NCBI GenBank assembly: GCA_039588295.1
Contig: JBDHAB010000001.1
Span: 128,001 to 192,000, forward strand
Direction: 5' to 3'
Length of the DNA stretch: 64,000 nucleotides
Source: Gemmatimonadota bacterium
GTDB taxonomy: Bacteria; Gemmatimonadota; Gemmatimonadetes; Gemmatimonadales; GWC2-71-9
The position numbers and the translations under genes are program-made. Below are positions 28,542-39,072 of this stretch, in pieces. The stretch's first letter is position 1. Each line of letters begins with the position of its first letter. The notes under the pieces are model-generated. The model worked only from the letters and a program-made list of their open reading frames with translations. It searched no databases and was not told the origin of the DNA.

Positions 28542-29496
28542 CGGCACGCTCCTCCTCGGCCCGCGGGGCGAGTGCGTCGGCACCGACCAGGTCAATGAAG
28601 ATCTTGTTCAACGTGGGCTCCGCGACCTCGAACCGGCTCACCCGCGCCCCAGCGCGCACGATCTCCCCAAGCAGTCGCTGTGGGTCGGCGTCATCCGCCA
28701 GCTCCAGCTCGGCATACTGCCCGTAGCTGTCGGACTTCGCGACCAACGCGGGATCGCTCAGCACAAAACCGATCGAGGCGAGGCCATTCTCAACCGCGAT
28801 AATCACATGTTGCCCACCGTGCTCGCGTTTGACGTCCGCCAGGCGTCCGTCGACCACCTTCTCACCACGGGCAATGATGCAGACGGAGTCGCAGAGCTTC
28901 TCTGCTTGCTCCATGATGTGCGTCGAGAACAACACGGTCGTTCCCTGGCGCGCCAGCTCCATGACGACGTCCTTCATGAGCTGTGTGTTAACGGGATCGA
29001 AGCCGGAAAACGGCTCGTCGAGGATCAGCAGTTCCGGTTCGTGAAGCACCGTCGAAATGAACTGCACTTTCTGTTGCATGCCCTTCGAGAGGTCGTCCAC
29101 CCGCTTTGCCGCCCAGTCCATGAGGCCCAACCGATCCAGCCAGTGACGTGACTGACGCTTGGCAGCGCGGCGACGGACCCCCTTCGCCTCCGCCAAAAAC
29201 ACCAGCAGGTCCAGCACTTTCATCTTCCGGTACAGCCCTCGCTCCTCTGGGAGATACCCAATGCGATGGCTCAGGTCGCGACCCGATGCCGGCACACCGA
29301 ACAAGGTGATGCCACCCTCGTCCGGCACGATGATGTTCATGATCATCCGGATCGTGGTCGTCTTTCCCGCTCCGTTGGGACCAAGAAGCCCGTAGACCGC
29401 CCCGCGTGTCACGCCGAGGGTGAGTTCCCGAACAGCGGTGTGTCCGGTATACCGCTTGGTGATGCTGCGAATGTCGATGACGAGGTCGTTGCGCAT
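28534..29496 (-). CDS. ABC transporter ATP-binding protein (DUF4162-type C-terminus)
   Basis: Motifs GPNGAGKTT, LSKGM, LILDEPFSG, STH. ATG at 29496. Confidence 0.93.
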   Translation of the reverse strand: MRNDLVIDIRSITKRYTGHTAVRELTLGVTRGAVYGLLGPNGAGKTTTIRMIMNIIVPDEGGITLFGVPASGRDLSHRIGYLPEERGLYRKMKVLDLLVFLAEAKGVRRRAAKRQSRHWLDRLGLMDWAAKRVDDLSKGMQQKVQFISTVLHEPELLILDEPFSGFDPVNTQLMKDVVMELARQGTTVLFSTHIMEQAEKLCDSVCIIARGEKVVDGRLADVKREHGGQHVIIAVENGLASIGFVLSDPALVAKSDSYGQYAELELADDADPQRLLGEIVRAGARVSRFEVAEPTLNKIFIDLVGADALAPRAEEERADA

Positions 29497-29678
29497 GGCC
29501 CAGCCTACGGGAGAACGTGGCGAGCGTACGATAACGGGCACGCCAACGCCTGGGAACCCAACCATTGAGCGCCCCGTTTACCGTGGTGAGGAGCTACGTC
29601 ACCCACGTCGAAGAGGAGCGTACGGGGTTTCTCGGCGGCGCTGCCTTCGGACATGCCCGCGGGATCACCCTCGTGACT

Positions 29679-30434
29679 ATGAGCTGCAACCACGTTCGAC
29701 AACAACTGTGGCCGGATCCCCATGCGGCTGCTTCCGCGCCCGAGGCAATGGCAGCACTGGCGCATTACCGGGGATGCGTTGCCTGCCAGAGGTTCTTCGC
29801 GCTCGACGGTGACATCGGTCGTCGTCTGCTCTCGCTGCGCGAGTGCGCCCGGGCACCGGCTACACTGCACCGCCGTATCGAGCGCGCCATTGCCGCGGAA
29901 CGCTCCGTCCGTCGACGACCGCGCGTACGGTGGCTCGGGCCCGCGGGTCTCGTGGCCGCGGCCGCGGTCGCCGTTGCGGTGATCGGCCTCCCCCGGTCGT
30001 CTCCGTGGCTCGCCCAGCCCGTCGCCCAAGAGGCCCGGCTCGGCTTGACGGCGGCGAGTGGGTCGTTCACCAACACCGACGCCGGGGTGCTGGCATCCTG
30101 GCTGCAGGAGCGCATGGGGTACTCGGTGGACATTCCGGACATCGCCGGTGCTCGCGTGGTCGGCGCCCGGGTAGCCACGATCGGGGAGGGGCAAGGGGCG
30201 GTTGTGGTTTACGAGTACAGCGGAACGCGTCTCACATACATTGCGCTGCCGACCATCGACGGTCGGGGGACACAGCTGCGCGCAGGGATGGTCACGTCTG
30301 CCGCGGCCGACGGCTATGAAATAGCCCTCTGGACCGAGAACGGGGCGCTCCGCGCCGTCGCCGCACCCCTGTCACGCAGCACACTCATCGGTGTGGCTGA
30401 GGAGTGCCGTCGGAAGGCAACGACAGCGAGCTGA
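29679..30434 (+). CDS. zinc-finger (ZAS) anti-sigma factor-like membrane protein
   Basis: MSC...HYRGCVAC (HxxxCxxC), a single TM (GLVAAAAVAVAVIGL), and an extracytoplasmic domain ...PDI.G.R.VG.R. Confidence 0.75.
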   Translation: MSCNHVRQQLWPDPHAAASAPEAMAALAHYRGCVACQRFFALDGDIGRRLLSLRECARAPATLHRRIERAIAAERSVRRRPRVRWLGPAGLVAAAAVAVAVIGLPRSSPWLAQPVAQEARLGLTAASGSFTNTDAGVLASWLQERMGYSVDIPDIAGARVVGARVATIGEGQGAVVVYEYSGTRLTYIALPTIDGRGTQLRAGMVTSAAADGYEIALWTENGALRAVAAPLSRSTLIGVAEECRRKATTAS

Positions 30435-30487
30435 GCCAAAAACCTGCGCCTACCACCCCCGACGGCCAGCACGACCAGTCCACCGTA

Positions 30488-30649
30488 CTGGAAGTCGGCA
30501 TGGGTGCATCGGTCCTGCACGGCGTAGACGTCCCCCTCGACCCGTATCAGGCACACACGCTCTCCGGCTGAGAGCTGCACGCCGAGCGGCATCCCCTCAC
30601 TGAGTTGATCGAGCGTCGCGACACACTCAAACCTTGATTCCTCTCTCAT
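30488..30649 (-). pseudogene. truncated Rieske [2Fe-2S] ferredoxin of the suf operon
   Basis: Good RBS (GAGGAGG) and ATG 30649. N-half ...GDVYAVQDRCTHADF keeps the first CxH ligand box. The second CxxH box is missing and the frame continues into unrelated sequence antisense to the anti-sigma gene. Confidence 0.75.
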
Positions 30650-30677
30650 CCCTCCTCACCGATCAGCACAACCCCGA

Positions 30678-31130
30678 TCACTCCGTCGAGACCAATCCAC
30701 GGTCTCCGACGAGGGCCTCGTGGAGCGTGTGCCACGGGAGGGCCGCGCACTTGACGCGGGCCGGGAACTGGCGGACACCCGCGAGCGCAGCCAACTTGCC
30801 CAGCGACTTGGTGTCCGGGGTGGCGTCCGGCCCAGCCGTCACCATCGCGTGGAACGCCCGGAACAGCTCTTCCGCCGCCTCTTTCGTCATTCCCTTGACG
30901 GCCGCCGTCATGAGAGACGCCGACGCCTGAGAGATCGCGCACCCGGACCCTTGGAACCCCACGTCCTCGATCACGTCGTCCTCGAGCCGCACATACAGGG
31001 TGATCTCGTCACCGCAGAGGGGGTTGGTGCCCTCGACGGTACGGTTGGCATCGGAGAGTTGTCGGAAGTTCCGCGGGCTGCGATTGTGGTCGAGGACAAT
31101 TTGCTGGTACAGCTCCCGAAGGTCGGCCAT
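30678..31130 (-). CDS. sufU: SUF system NifU-like protein SufU
   Basis: Motifs LYQQIVLDH, NPLCGD, GCAISQAS, RVKCA. Confidence 0.93.
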   Translation of the reverse strand: MADLRELYQQIVLDHNRSPRNFRQLSDANRTVEGTNPLCGDEITLYVRLEDDVIEDVGFQGSGCAISQASASLMTAAVKGMTKEAAEELFRAFHAMVTAGPDATPDTKSLGKLAALAGVRQFPARVKCAALPWHTLHEALVGDRGLVSTE

Positions 31131-32389
31131 TACCCAAACACCTCACGGACCTTCAACACCCCTCGAACGAGCGCGTCTACTTCGTCCCGGGTATTGTAGA
31201 ACGCCAGTGACGCGCGGGCCGTAGCCGGAACACCCAGTCGCTCCATGACCGGCTGGGTACAGTGGTGACCCGTGCGGATTGCGATCCCCTCCTGGTCCAG
31301 GATCGTCCCGATGTCGTGGGCATGCACACCCTCCATGACAAACGACACCACGCTCGCCTTGTGCTTTGCGGTGCCTACGATGCGCACCCCGCCGACGGCC
31401 GCGAGCGATTCCGTGGCATACCCAAGCAGGTCGTGTTCATGATCCTGGATCCAATCCCACGACAGGTGGCGCAGATAATCCACGGCGGCGCCCAAGCCGA
31501 TGGCACCTGCGATATGCGGTGTGCCGGCCTCGAACTTGGCCGGCAACGGGGCATACGTGGTCTTTTCAAATCGAACGGATCGAATCATCTCGCCACCGCC
31601 TTGATACGGTGGCATGGCGTCGAGCAGTGCGGCTTTCCCGTACAACACGCCGATTCCTGTGGGGCCGAACATCTTGTGGCCGGAGATCGCATAGAAGTCC
31701 GCGTCGAGATCCCGCACATCAATCGGTGTGTGCGGAGCTGCCTGCGCCCCGTCCACCAAGACCGGCACGCCGGCGGCGTGCGCCCGCGCGACGATGTGCT
31801 TGATGGGATTAATCGTCCCCAGGGAGTTGGAGATGTGGACGACCGCAACCAGCTTCGTTCGCTCGGTCAGGAGACGATCGAGGGCATCGATCTCCAGCTC
31901 TCCGGCGTCCGTCATTGGAATCACCCGAAGTGTGGCCCCTGTGGCCTCTGCTATGATTTGCCACGGCACCAGGTTGGAGTGGTGCTCCATCGCCGAGAGA
32001 ACAATCTCGTCACCGGCACGGAAATGCGTGCGGCCGTAACATTGCGCGACGAGATTGATGGCTTCGGTGGTGCCGCGCACGAAAACAACCTCGTGCGGGT
32101 CGGCCGCATTCAGGAATCGTTGCAGCGTGGCGCGCGCCGCTTCGTAGGCCAATGTGGCATGCTGGCTCAGTTCGTAGACGCCGCGGTGGATGTTGGCATT
32201 CTCCGCCGTGTAGTACCGGGCGAGCGTGTCGATCACCACCTGCGGCTTCTGACTCGTCGCGGCGTTGTCGAGGTAGACGAGTGGCCGGCCGTTCGATCGC
32301 CCGGCGAGCATCGGGAAGTCCGCGCGCACCTGCGCCACGTCCCGCACGGGACGTGGCGCAACCAGTGGCGTGGCGGCCTGGCGAACCAT
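31130..32389 (-). CDS. sufS: cysteine desulfurase SufS
   Basis: Motifs [32 protein letters not shown]. Confidence 0.95.
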   Translation of the reverse strand: MVRQAATPLVAPRPVRDVAQVRADFPMLAGRSNGRPLVYLDNAATSQKPQVVIDTLARYYTAENANIHRGVYELSQHATLAYEAARATLQRFLNAADPHEVVFVRGTTEAINLVAQCYGRTHFRAGDEIVLSAMEHHSNLVPWQIIAEATGATLRVIPMTDAGELEIDALDRLLTERTKLVAVVHISNSLGTINPIKHIVARAHAAGVPVLVDGAQAAPHTPIDVRDLDADFYAISGHKMFGPTGIGVLYGKAALLDAMPPYQGGGEMIRSVRFEKTTYAPLPAKFEAGTPHIAGAIGLGAAVDYLRHLSWDWIQDHEHDLLGYATESLAAVGGVRIVGTAKHKASVVSFVMEGVHAHDIGTILDQEGIAIRTGHHCTQPVMERLGVPATARASLAFYNTRDEVDALVRGVLKVREVFG

Positions 32390-32398
32390 GGGCGGCCT

Positions 32399-33766
32399 CT
32401 AACTCGGGCTTCCGTCCTCAGCCAATCGTGCGCGCACCAGCCGGTCGAGGTCCGTGCGCAGCGTGTCGATCTTCACGGCGTTGAGGATCTCGGACCCAAA
32501 GCCGTACGTCAGAAGCGCGCGCGCCTCCGCTCGGGAGAGTCCCCGGCTCTGGAGATAGAACAGGTGGTCGTCATCCATCGGCCCGAGGGTCGCACCGTGA
32601 GTGCACCGCACGTCATCCGCGTAGATCTCGAGCTGCGGCTGGCTGTCCGCTCGCGCGTGCTGGGAGAGGAGGAGGTTGTTGTTCGTCTGTTTTGAGTCCG
32701 TCTTCTGCGCCCCCGGGCGCACGATGATTCGCCCGTTAAACACACCGCGGCTGCGGCCGTCGAACACGCCGTTGAAGTACTCCCAGCTATTGCAATGCGG
32801 CTGTGCATGCTCCAACACGGTGTGGTAGTCGCTGTGCTGCCGCTCGCGCAACATCGACAGCCCGTCGATTGTGCATTCCGAGCCTTCGCCATCCAGCACT
32901 GCGTGAATGTCATGCCGCGAGAGCTGCGACCCGAACGTGAACGCGATCAGTGAAAACACGCTATCTCGCGCCTGTACGGAACGGGTCGTCGCAGTGTGAT
33001 ATGCCGCCGTACTCTCCCGCTGGATACGGTAGGTGTCCAGCTTGGCATTCTGGCCAACGACCACCTCCGTCACCGCGTTGGTCCAGTACTGGTGAGAATC
33101 GGTGGCCGCGTAGCTCTCTATGACGGACGCCTGTGCGCCCGGTTCGACCACCACCAACGCTCGCGGATGCGATACCGCTGTTGAACCGCTGACCGGGGCA
33201 GACAGAAACAGGAGGTGCATCGGTTGCTCGACCACGGTGCGCTCCGGCACGTAGACAAGCGCACCATCGTGGAGAAACGCGGTGTTCAGCGTGGCAAACG
33301 GATGCCCTCCCGTCTCAGCCAGTTGCGCCAGATGTGGCTTTACCAACTCCACGTTATCGTCCAGTGCCTCACGAAGACTCCCGAGCCTGACGCCCGCGGG
33401 GAGACGGTCGACTGAGGACAAGGACGGCGCGAAATAGCCATTGACGAACACCGCTACATGCTGGTTGCCACCACCAACGACATACTGACGTACCGATGAT
33501 GCGATCGTCGACGCATCAACCGCAGGAGCCAATGCGAAATCTGCACGGGCGATCGCCTTGACGTCGGTGAATCGCCACCCCTCCTGCCGTGTGGTCGGAA
33601 AGCCGAGTTCGGCAAACTCGTTGATGGCCTGCCGCTGGCGATCGCGGAGCCAGTTGGGCACGCTCGCCGCACCGTTCCCCACGAAGCGCTCGAACGCGTC
33701 AACGTAGAGGCTCGCAGCTGCCTTCATTTCGGCCGCAACAGGCGTGGGACGCTCAACCTCGGTCAT
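32399..33766 (-). CDS. sufD: Fe-S cluster assembly protein SufD
   Basis: Motifs GVFNGRI, AQKTDSKQ, PQLEIYADDVRCTHGAT, LFYLQSRG. Confidence 0.95.
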   Translation of the reverse strand: MTEVERPTPVAAEMKAAASLYVDAFERFVGNGAASVPNWLRDRQRQAINEFAELGFPTTRQEGWRFTDVKAIARADFALAPAVDASTIASSVRQYVVGGGNQHVAVFVNGYFAPSLSSVDRLPAGVRLGSLREALDDNVELVKPHLAQLAETGGHPFATLNTAFLHDGALVYVPERTVVEQPMHLLFLSAPVSGSTAVSHPRALVVVEPGAQASVIESYAATDSHQYWTNAVTEVVVGQNAKLDTYRIQRESTAAYHTATTRSVQARDSVFSLIAFTFGSQLSRHDIHAVLDGEGSECTIDGLSMLRERQHSDYHTVLEHAQPHCNSWEYFNGVFDGRSRGVFNGRIIVRPGAQKTDSKQTNNNLLLSQHARADSQPQLEIYADDVRCTHGATLGPMDDDHLFYLQSRGLSRAEARALLTYGFGSEILNAVKIDTLRTDLDRLVRARLAEDGSPS

Positions 33767-34518
33767 GCCACTGTCGCTCCGTTCGTGACCCAGTCGTATC
33801 CTCTCGCCTCTAAGTCGAGAGCGAGTTGCATATCACCCGACATTACCACACGGCCACCCGCTAAGACGTGCACGCGGTCCGGAGTGAAGTAGTTGAGGAT
33901 GCGCTCATAGTGGGTGATCACGACAAAGGCTCGATCCGGACTGCGAAACTTGTTCACGGCGTCGGCAACCGCCTTCACGGCGTCGATGTCCAAGCCGGAA
34001 TCCGTTTCGTCCAAGATCGCGAGCCTCGGCTCGAGCACGGCGAGCTGGAGAATCTCGTTGCGCTTCTTCTCGCCTCCCGAGAATCCGTCGTTTACCGCGC
34101 GGTGGATGAGACTGTCGTCCCAGCCGATGGCCTCCAGCTTCTCCTCAAGTAGCTCCGCGAACTCGAGGGTATCGAGCTCCTCGAGCCCGCGCTCCTTTCG
34201 AGCCGCGTTGATGGCGGATTGGAGGAAGTACGCGTTCGTAATGCCACGGATCGCGACCGGATACTGAAACGCAAGGAACAGGCCTGCACGGGCGCGCTCA
34301 TCCGTTTCCATCTCGAGCAGGTCCGCGCCGTCAAACGCGACAGATCCCTCCGTCACCTCGTACGCCGGATGGCCCGCCAGCACCTGGGCAAAGGTGCTCT
34401 TCCCCGAACCGTTCGGCCCCATGATGGCGTGCACCTCGCCCGCCTTCACGGACAGGTCTACGCCCTTGAGGATCTCCGTGCCGTCAATGCCGGCGTGCAG
34501 ATTCTTGACTTCAAGCAT
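33763..34518 (-). CDS. sufC: Fe-S cluster assembly ATPase SufC
   Basis: Motifs GPNGSGKST, FLAFQYP, GFSGGEKKRNE, LDETDSGLDID. Confidence 0.96.
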   Translation of the reverse strand: MLEVKNLHAGIDGTEILKGVDLSVKAGEVHAIMGPNGSGKSTFAQVLAGHPAYEVTEGSVAFDGADLLEMETDERARAGLFLAFQYPVAIRGITNAYFLQSAINAARKERGLEELDTLEFAELLEEKLEAIGWDDSLIHRAVNDGFSGGEKKRNEILQLAVLEPRLAILDETDSGLDIDAVKAVADAVNKFRSPDRAFVVITHYERILNYFTPDRVHVLAGGRVVMSGDMQLALDLEARGYDWVTNGATVA

Positions 34519-34560
34519 ATCGGTTTCCGTTGTGTCCCTTCTCGGTTGTCTCGTGCGCGT

Positions 34561-36000
34561 TTACCCGACGCTGCCTTCCAGGCTCACAGAAAGGAGTCTG
34601 GTCGCCTCCACGGCAAACTCCATCGGCAGCTCACGGAAGACCTCTTTGCAGAACCCGTTGACGATCAGCGAGACGGCATCCTCTTCCGGTATGCCGCGCT
34701 GTTTGCAGTAGAAGATCTGATCCTCGCCGACTTTTGATGTGGTCGCTTCATGTTCCATCGTCGCCGACGGGTTCCGCACGTCGATGTACGGAAACGTGTG
34801 CGCCCCGCACTGATCGCCGATGAGCATGGAGTCACATTGCGAGTAGTTTCGCGCGTCCGCCGCACCCTTCATGATCTTCACCTGCCCGCGGTAGGTGTTC
34901 TGACTGCGGCCCGCGGAAATCCCCTTCGACACGATGGTACTGCGTGTGTTCCTGCCGATGTGAATCATCTTCGTGCCGGTATCGGCTTGCTGGTAGTTGT
35001 TGGTCATCGCGACAGAATAGAACTCACCGATCGAGTTGTCGCCTTCCAGCACACAGCTCGGGTACTTCCAGGTGATAGCCGAGCCGGTCTCGACCTGCGT
35101 CCAGGAGATCTTGGAGTTCCTTCCCGTGCACCGGCCGCGCTTGGTGACGAAGTTGTAGATGCCACCCTTACCCTCTTCATCTCCCGGGTACCAGTTCTGG
35201 ATCGTCGAGTACTTGATCTGCGCGTCGTCGTGGGCGACGAGCTCGACGACGGCTGCGTGCAGTTGGTTCTCGTCCCGCATCGGCGCCGAGCACCCTTCGA
35301 GATAGCTGACATAGCTCGCCTCATCAGCGACGATGAGCGTCCGCTCGAACTGGCCCGTTGCCAGTGCGTTGATCCGGAAGTAGGTCGAGAGTTCGAGCGG
35401 GCACTTCACACCCTTCGGCACATACACGAACGACCCGTCCGTAAACACTGCGGAGTTGAGCGCTGCAAAGAAGTTGTCATTCGTGGGCACCACGGTCCCG
35501 ATGTACTTCCGCACCAGGTCGGGATGCTCCTGAATCGCCTCCGAAATCGGCAAAAAGATCACACCGAACTTCTTGAGTTCTTTTTTGAACGTCGTTGCCA
35601 CGGAGACGCTATCGAACACGGCATCCACCGCGACGCCGGTGAGGCGCTTCTGTTCCTGCAGGGGGATCCCCAACTTCTCGAACGTCTCGAGCAGCTTCGG
35701 GTCAACTTCGTCCAGGCTCTCCGGCGCCTGCTTCTGTTTGGGCGCCGCGTAGTAGTGGAGGGCCTGGTAGTCGATGGGCGGGTACTTCACGTTGGGCCAC
35801 GTGGGCTCCTTCATCTTCAGCCAGTGGCGATAGGCATTCAGCCGCCACTCGAGCATCCAGCCAGGCTCGGCCTTCTTCTCGGAGATGAGGCGGATGATAT
35901 CCTCGTTGAGCCCCTTGGGCGCGAGCTCGGATTCGATATCGGTGCTCCACCCGTACTTGTATGGTTGTTTGACGTGATCGTCGATCGCGTTCGTCGTCAT
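34561..36000 (-). CDS. sufB: Fe-S cluster assembly protein SufB
   Basis: Motifs [52 protein letters not shown]. Confidence 0.97.
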   Translation of the reverse strand: MTTNAIDDHVKQPYKYGWSTDIESELAPKGLNEDIIRLISEKKAEPGWMLEWRLNAYRHWLKMKEPTWPNVKYPPIDYQALHYYAAPKQKQAPESLDEVDPKLLETFEKLGIPLQEQKRLTGVAVDAVFDSVSVATTFKKELKKFGVIFLPISEAIQEHPDLVRKYIGTVVPTNDNFFAALNSAVFTDGSFVYVPKGVKCPLELSTYFRINALATGQFERTLIVADEASYVSYLEGCSAPMRDENQLHAAVVELVAHDDAQIKYSTIQNWYPGDEEGKGGIYNFVTKRGRCTGRNSKISWTQVETGSAITWKYPSCVLEGDNSIGEFYSVAMTNNYQQADTGTKMIHIGRNTRSTIVSKGISAGRSQNTYRGQVKIMKGAADARNYSQCDSMLIGDQCGAHTFPYIDVRNPSATMEHEATTSKVGEDQIFYCKQRGIPEEDAVSLIVNGFCKEVFRELPMEFAVEATRLLSVSLEGSVG

Positions 36001-36704
36001 GCCGACTCCTCGTCACTCGGTATCTCACCCCCGGCTGATGGCTCTTCCCCATCACGCCCGTTCGACTCGGGCTGGATGGAGTAGAGGCACGCGTTGCAGC
36101 CGTCGGGTATGTACGAGTCTCGTTGAACATCCGTCTGCAGTACCTCGCGTAGGAATTCCGCCTCCGCTGCGCAGATCTCCGGGAATTGCTCCGCCACAGT
36201 GCGCACCGCACAGTTGTGTTCGGTGAGCTTCAGCGTGTCGGCCTCGACCGACCAGGCCGCCATGAAACCCTGACCCGAGAGTAGCTCGACCACCGCCGCG
36301 ACGCGTGCCTCGAGGCTCGCGTCGACTAGCTCCACACGAAGGCGATCGGCATGGGAGCGGAACCGCTGGGCAAACAGCGCCCGCACCGCGTCCCGCCCGT
36401 CCTGCTGCGCCACATACGCGAGCACATCGGTCAGGGCCTCCCCGTAATGCGTCGGGAACAGGGCTTCACCGTCGAGGCTCAGCCGATAGGTGTACGTGGG
36501 CGCTCCGGTCCCTCGCTGCTCTCGGCGGTAGTCCACCAACCCTTCCGCCTCCAGCTCCTTGAGATGCCTCCGTACGGCATTGGCCGAGACGCCAAACGTC
36601 TCCGCAAGTTCTTTTGCCGTAAGCGGTTGGGCGCGCTTGAGCTCGAGGAGAACATCTCCCCGGAGTCCCTTGTGGCCTGCGAGGCCAGGCATAATGGGTG
36701 TCAT
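35997..36704 (-). CDS. sufR: SufR-like winged-HTH transcriptional regulator
   Basis: [25 protein letters not shown]-terminal ligands EHNC...EIC..E...CNAC. First gene of the suf operon. Confidence 0.85.
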   Translation of the reverse strand: MTPIMPGLAGHKGLRGDVLLELKRAQPLTAKELAETFGVSANAVRRHLKELEAEGLVDYRREQRGTGAPTYTYRLSLDGEALFPTHYGEALTDVLAYVAQQDGRDAVRALFAQRFRSHADRLRVELVDASLEARVAAVVELLSGQGFMAAWSVEADTLKLTEHNCAVRTVAEQFPEICAAEAEFLREVLQTDVQRDSYIPDGCNACLYSIQPESNGRDGEEPSAGGEIPSDEESA

Positions 36705-36734
36705 GGGCGCGGAATGGTAACCAGCATGGCCAAG

Positions 36735-36767
36735 TTTTGCAACTAATTTAACGAATTTGTTGATAAA
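36735..36767. promoter_or_regulatory. AT-rich imperfect inverted repeat, candidate SufR operator
   Basis: TTTTGCAACTAATT-TAACG-AATTTGTTGATAAA, about 30 bp upstream of sufR. Confidence 0.5.
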
Positions 36768-37166
36768 CGTCACATCGGGTGAGCACCCCGGTAAGTGAAT
36801 AAAGTCCGGCACTCCGGGTAACTCCGGGTGGACCTCCCGATCCTGATGCGAGCCGATGGAGGTGCATGGCACTGACCGCAGCAGCATGCCCACCAACGGA
36901 TGCGCCCGCCCCGGACTATGTCCTGTGTGACCGCGGGCGACGCCTCGGCGTTATCACCGCACCGTGCGCGCGACCAACGTTTGGCAGTAGCGCTCCAACG
37001 GTGTTTCTCGACCGAGTGTCGGTGCACCACATTTCGACCGAGTCGGCCGCGGCATGACGCCCCGGGGACGGACTTCCCCGTTCGGGCTCTTACTGTTTGC
37101 CCACGGCACGCCAACGGGTATCCTTCACCGACCATCCACACGTTTATCGAGCGGAGGGACACATAC

Positions 37167-38423
37167 ATGAGATCGCTCAAACCTTGGGCGTCTATCCTCA
37201 CGGTCTTCGTCGCCGTCGCGTGCACCAGTGCGGAGGGTGCATGGAAAGGCACGATCACCGATAGCGCCGGCGTTACGATCGTCGCGAACACCGATGAAGG
37301 CGTCTGGACACCGTCGGCACAGTGGACACTGGAAGAGGAATTGCGCATCGGAGCTGTCGAGGGCGACCCCGATTACCAATTCGGACAAATTGGGCTTCTT
37401 GCGGTCGATTCGAGAGACCGGATCTTCGTGCTCGACGCGCAGGCCCGACACGTGCGGGTCTATTCCCCTGACGGTGCGTACGAACAGACCATCGGGGGGC
37501 CGGGGGCGGGACCCGGCGAACTCGGACAACAAGCGGCCGCGCTGTACATGGGACCTGGCGACACGCTCCTCGTTCCCGACCTCGCCAACCAACGCGTGAA
37601 CCGCTATGCGCCCGATGGAACCAGCCTCGGCAGCTTCCCGCTGCGGCTGGAGCACGGAATCCCAATGGCGATCAATGCAACGCGCACGGGCGTCGTTGCG
37701 GAACAGGTCCGTCCGCTCTCACTGCCAGATCGCCCCGCCAGGGACAGCCTGGACGTGATTGTCACACTCGCGACCGACGGTTCCGTCCTCGACACGCTCA
37801 TGACCTTTCTACCCGGGGGTACCATCGATTTCGGCGGCAGCGCCCCCAGCGTTACCCTGTTCTCACCGGAGCCCTCATGGCAATTGACCGATGACATGCA
37901 CCTGCTGTTCGGAATCAGCGACAACTACCGGATCAGTCTCTTCTCTCCAGACGGCGAACTGCAACGGATCGTCACCAAGCCGTTCGTGCAGGACCCGATC
38001 ACCGAGCGCGACCAAGAGATGATGATGGAGTTCTTCGAACAGCAGGTACGCGACGCGGTGCCGCCACAAGCGGTCCAAGAGGCCATCGCACGTATGCGCC
38101 AGGTGATGAGTTTCGCCGATTTCTACCCGGCATTCGCCGCCATGCAGATGGGACCCCAGGGGAGTCTCTGGGTGCAGCACATTCAATCCCCGTCAACGCT
38201 CTCCGAGGAAGAGCTCGCAGCATGGGATTTCACACAAGATATCGGTGCCCGACAGTGGGACGTGTTTGACGCGGACGGCAGATACTTGGGTGTCGTGAAC
38301 ATGCCACCCCGGTTCTCACCGAGGATCATTTTGGGCAGCAAGATCTACGGCGTGTGGCGCGACGACTTGGATGTGCAGTATGTGATGCGGCTCAGGATCG
38401 TGGGGGTGGAGGAGGAGGCGTAG
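37167..38423 (+). CDS. 6-bladed beta-propeller (NHL-like) lipoprotein
   Basis: RBS GGAGGG, signal peptide/lipobox VAVAC, repeats such as IGGPGAGPGE, and C-terminal WDVFDADGRYLG. Confidence 0.85.
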   Translation: MRSLKPWASILTVFVAVACTSAEGAWKGTITDSAGVTIVANTDEGVWTPSAQWTLEEELRIGAVEGDPDYQFGQIGLLAVDSRDRIFVLDAQARHVRVYSPDGAYEQTIGGPGAGPGELGQQAAALYMGPGDTLLVPDLANQRVNRYAPDGTSLGSFPLRLEHGIPMAINATRTGVVAEQVRPLSLPDRPARDSLDVIVTLATDGSVLDTLMTFLPGGTIDFGGSAPSVTLFSPEPSWQLTDDMHLLFGISDNYRISLFSPDGELQRIVTKPFVQDPITERDQEMMMEFFEQQVRDAVPPQAVQEAIARMRQVMSFADFYPAFAAMQMGPQGSLWVQHIQSPSTLSEEELAAWDFTQDIGARQWDVFDADGRYLGVVNMPPRFSPRIILGSKIYGVWRDDLDVQYVMRLRIVGVEEEA

Positions 38424-39021
38424 CACCGGCCTCCTCAACGCGCTTGAGGAGCGCTTGATACGCCTCGGGCGTGTCGATGTCCTCAACCACGGCCGGGTCA
38501 TCGACGTGCACGACCGCAACTCGCGAGGGGTCTGCGCGAACGACCGCACGGGCCCCTTCGTCATTGGGGGCCGTCAGCAGCTCGTCGAAGACGGCCCGAG
38601 CGAACACCACGGGATGGCCCCGTCGGCCACGGTAAGCCGGCAGCACGATCGCGCTCTCGCCGTCGCGAAAACGGTCCAGCAGCGACTCCAGAGTGGCGAT
38701 CGCGATGTGCGGGCGGTCCACGTGCCAGACTACGACTGCCTCAACCGGATGGTTGACAAGGTGCTGAACGGCGATGCGGATCGATCCGATGGGCCCGGAT
38801 TCCACGGCGGGGTTCAGTAGCACCGTGGCACCTCTCAAGTCGTTTTCGGAAAACAAGTTGTCGAATCCGGCGCCGACCACCACGACGCGCCGATTGACGC
38901 CAGCAGCCTGGCAGGCGCCCAGGATGGCGCCGAGAAATGTCGTCCCGCGAAGCGTCAAAGCCGCCTTTGGCTGGCCCATTCGCTCGGAGCCGCCCGCGGC
39001 GAGGATGATGGCCGCAATCAT
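38392..39021 (-). CDS. nucleotidyltransferase family protein (MocA/MobA-like)
   Basis: Motifs IILAAGGSERMGQPKA, GRRGHPVVF, DIDTPEAY. Confidence 0.9.
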   Translation of the reverse strand: MIAAIILAAGGSERMGQPKAALTLRGTTFLGAILGACQAAGVNRRVVVVGAGFDNLFSENDLRGATVLLNPAVESGPIGSIRIAVQHLVNHPVEAVVVWHVDRPHIAIATLESLLDRFRDGESAIVLPAYRGRRGHPVVFARAVFDELLTAPNDEGARAVVRADPSRVAVVHVDDPAVVEDIDTPEAYQALLKRVEEAGATPPPPPPRS

Positions 39022-39072
39022 CGGAAATCCCTAGATTGGGGAGCCCAAAGAACCCCGTTCCTGAGGCACACG

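Noticed and set aside
36811..36830. Short tandem repeat ACTCCGGGTA/ACTCCGGGTG
   Set aside because: Only two copies of 9-10 bp, not distinguishable from chance.
26516..36874. Shared 14-mer GGTGCATGGCACTG at 26516 and 36861
   Set aside because: Several 14-bp matches are expected by chance in 64 kb, and the flanks do not align.
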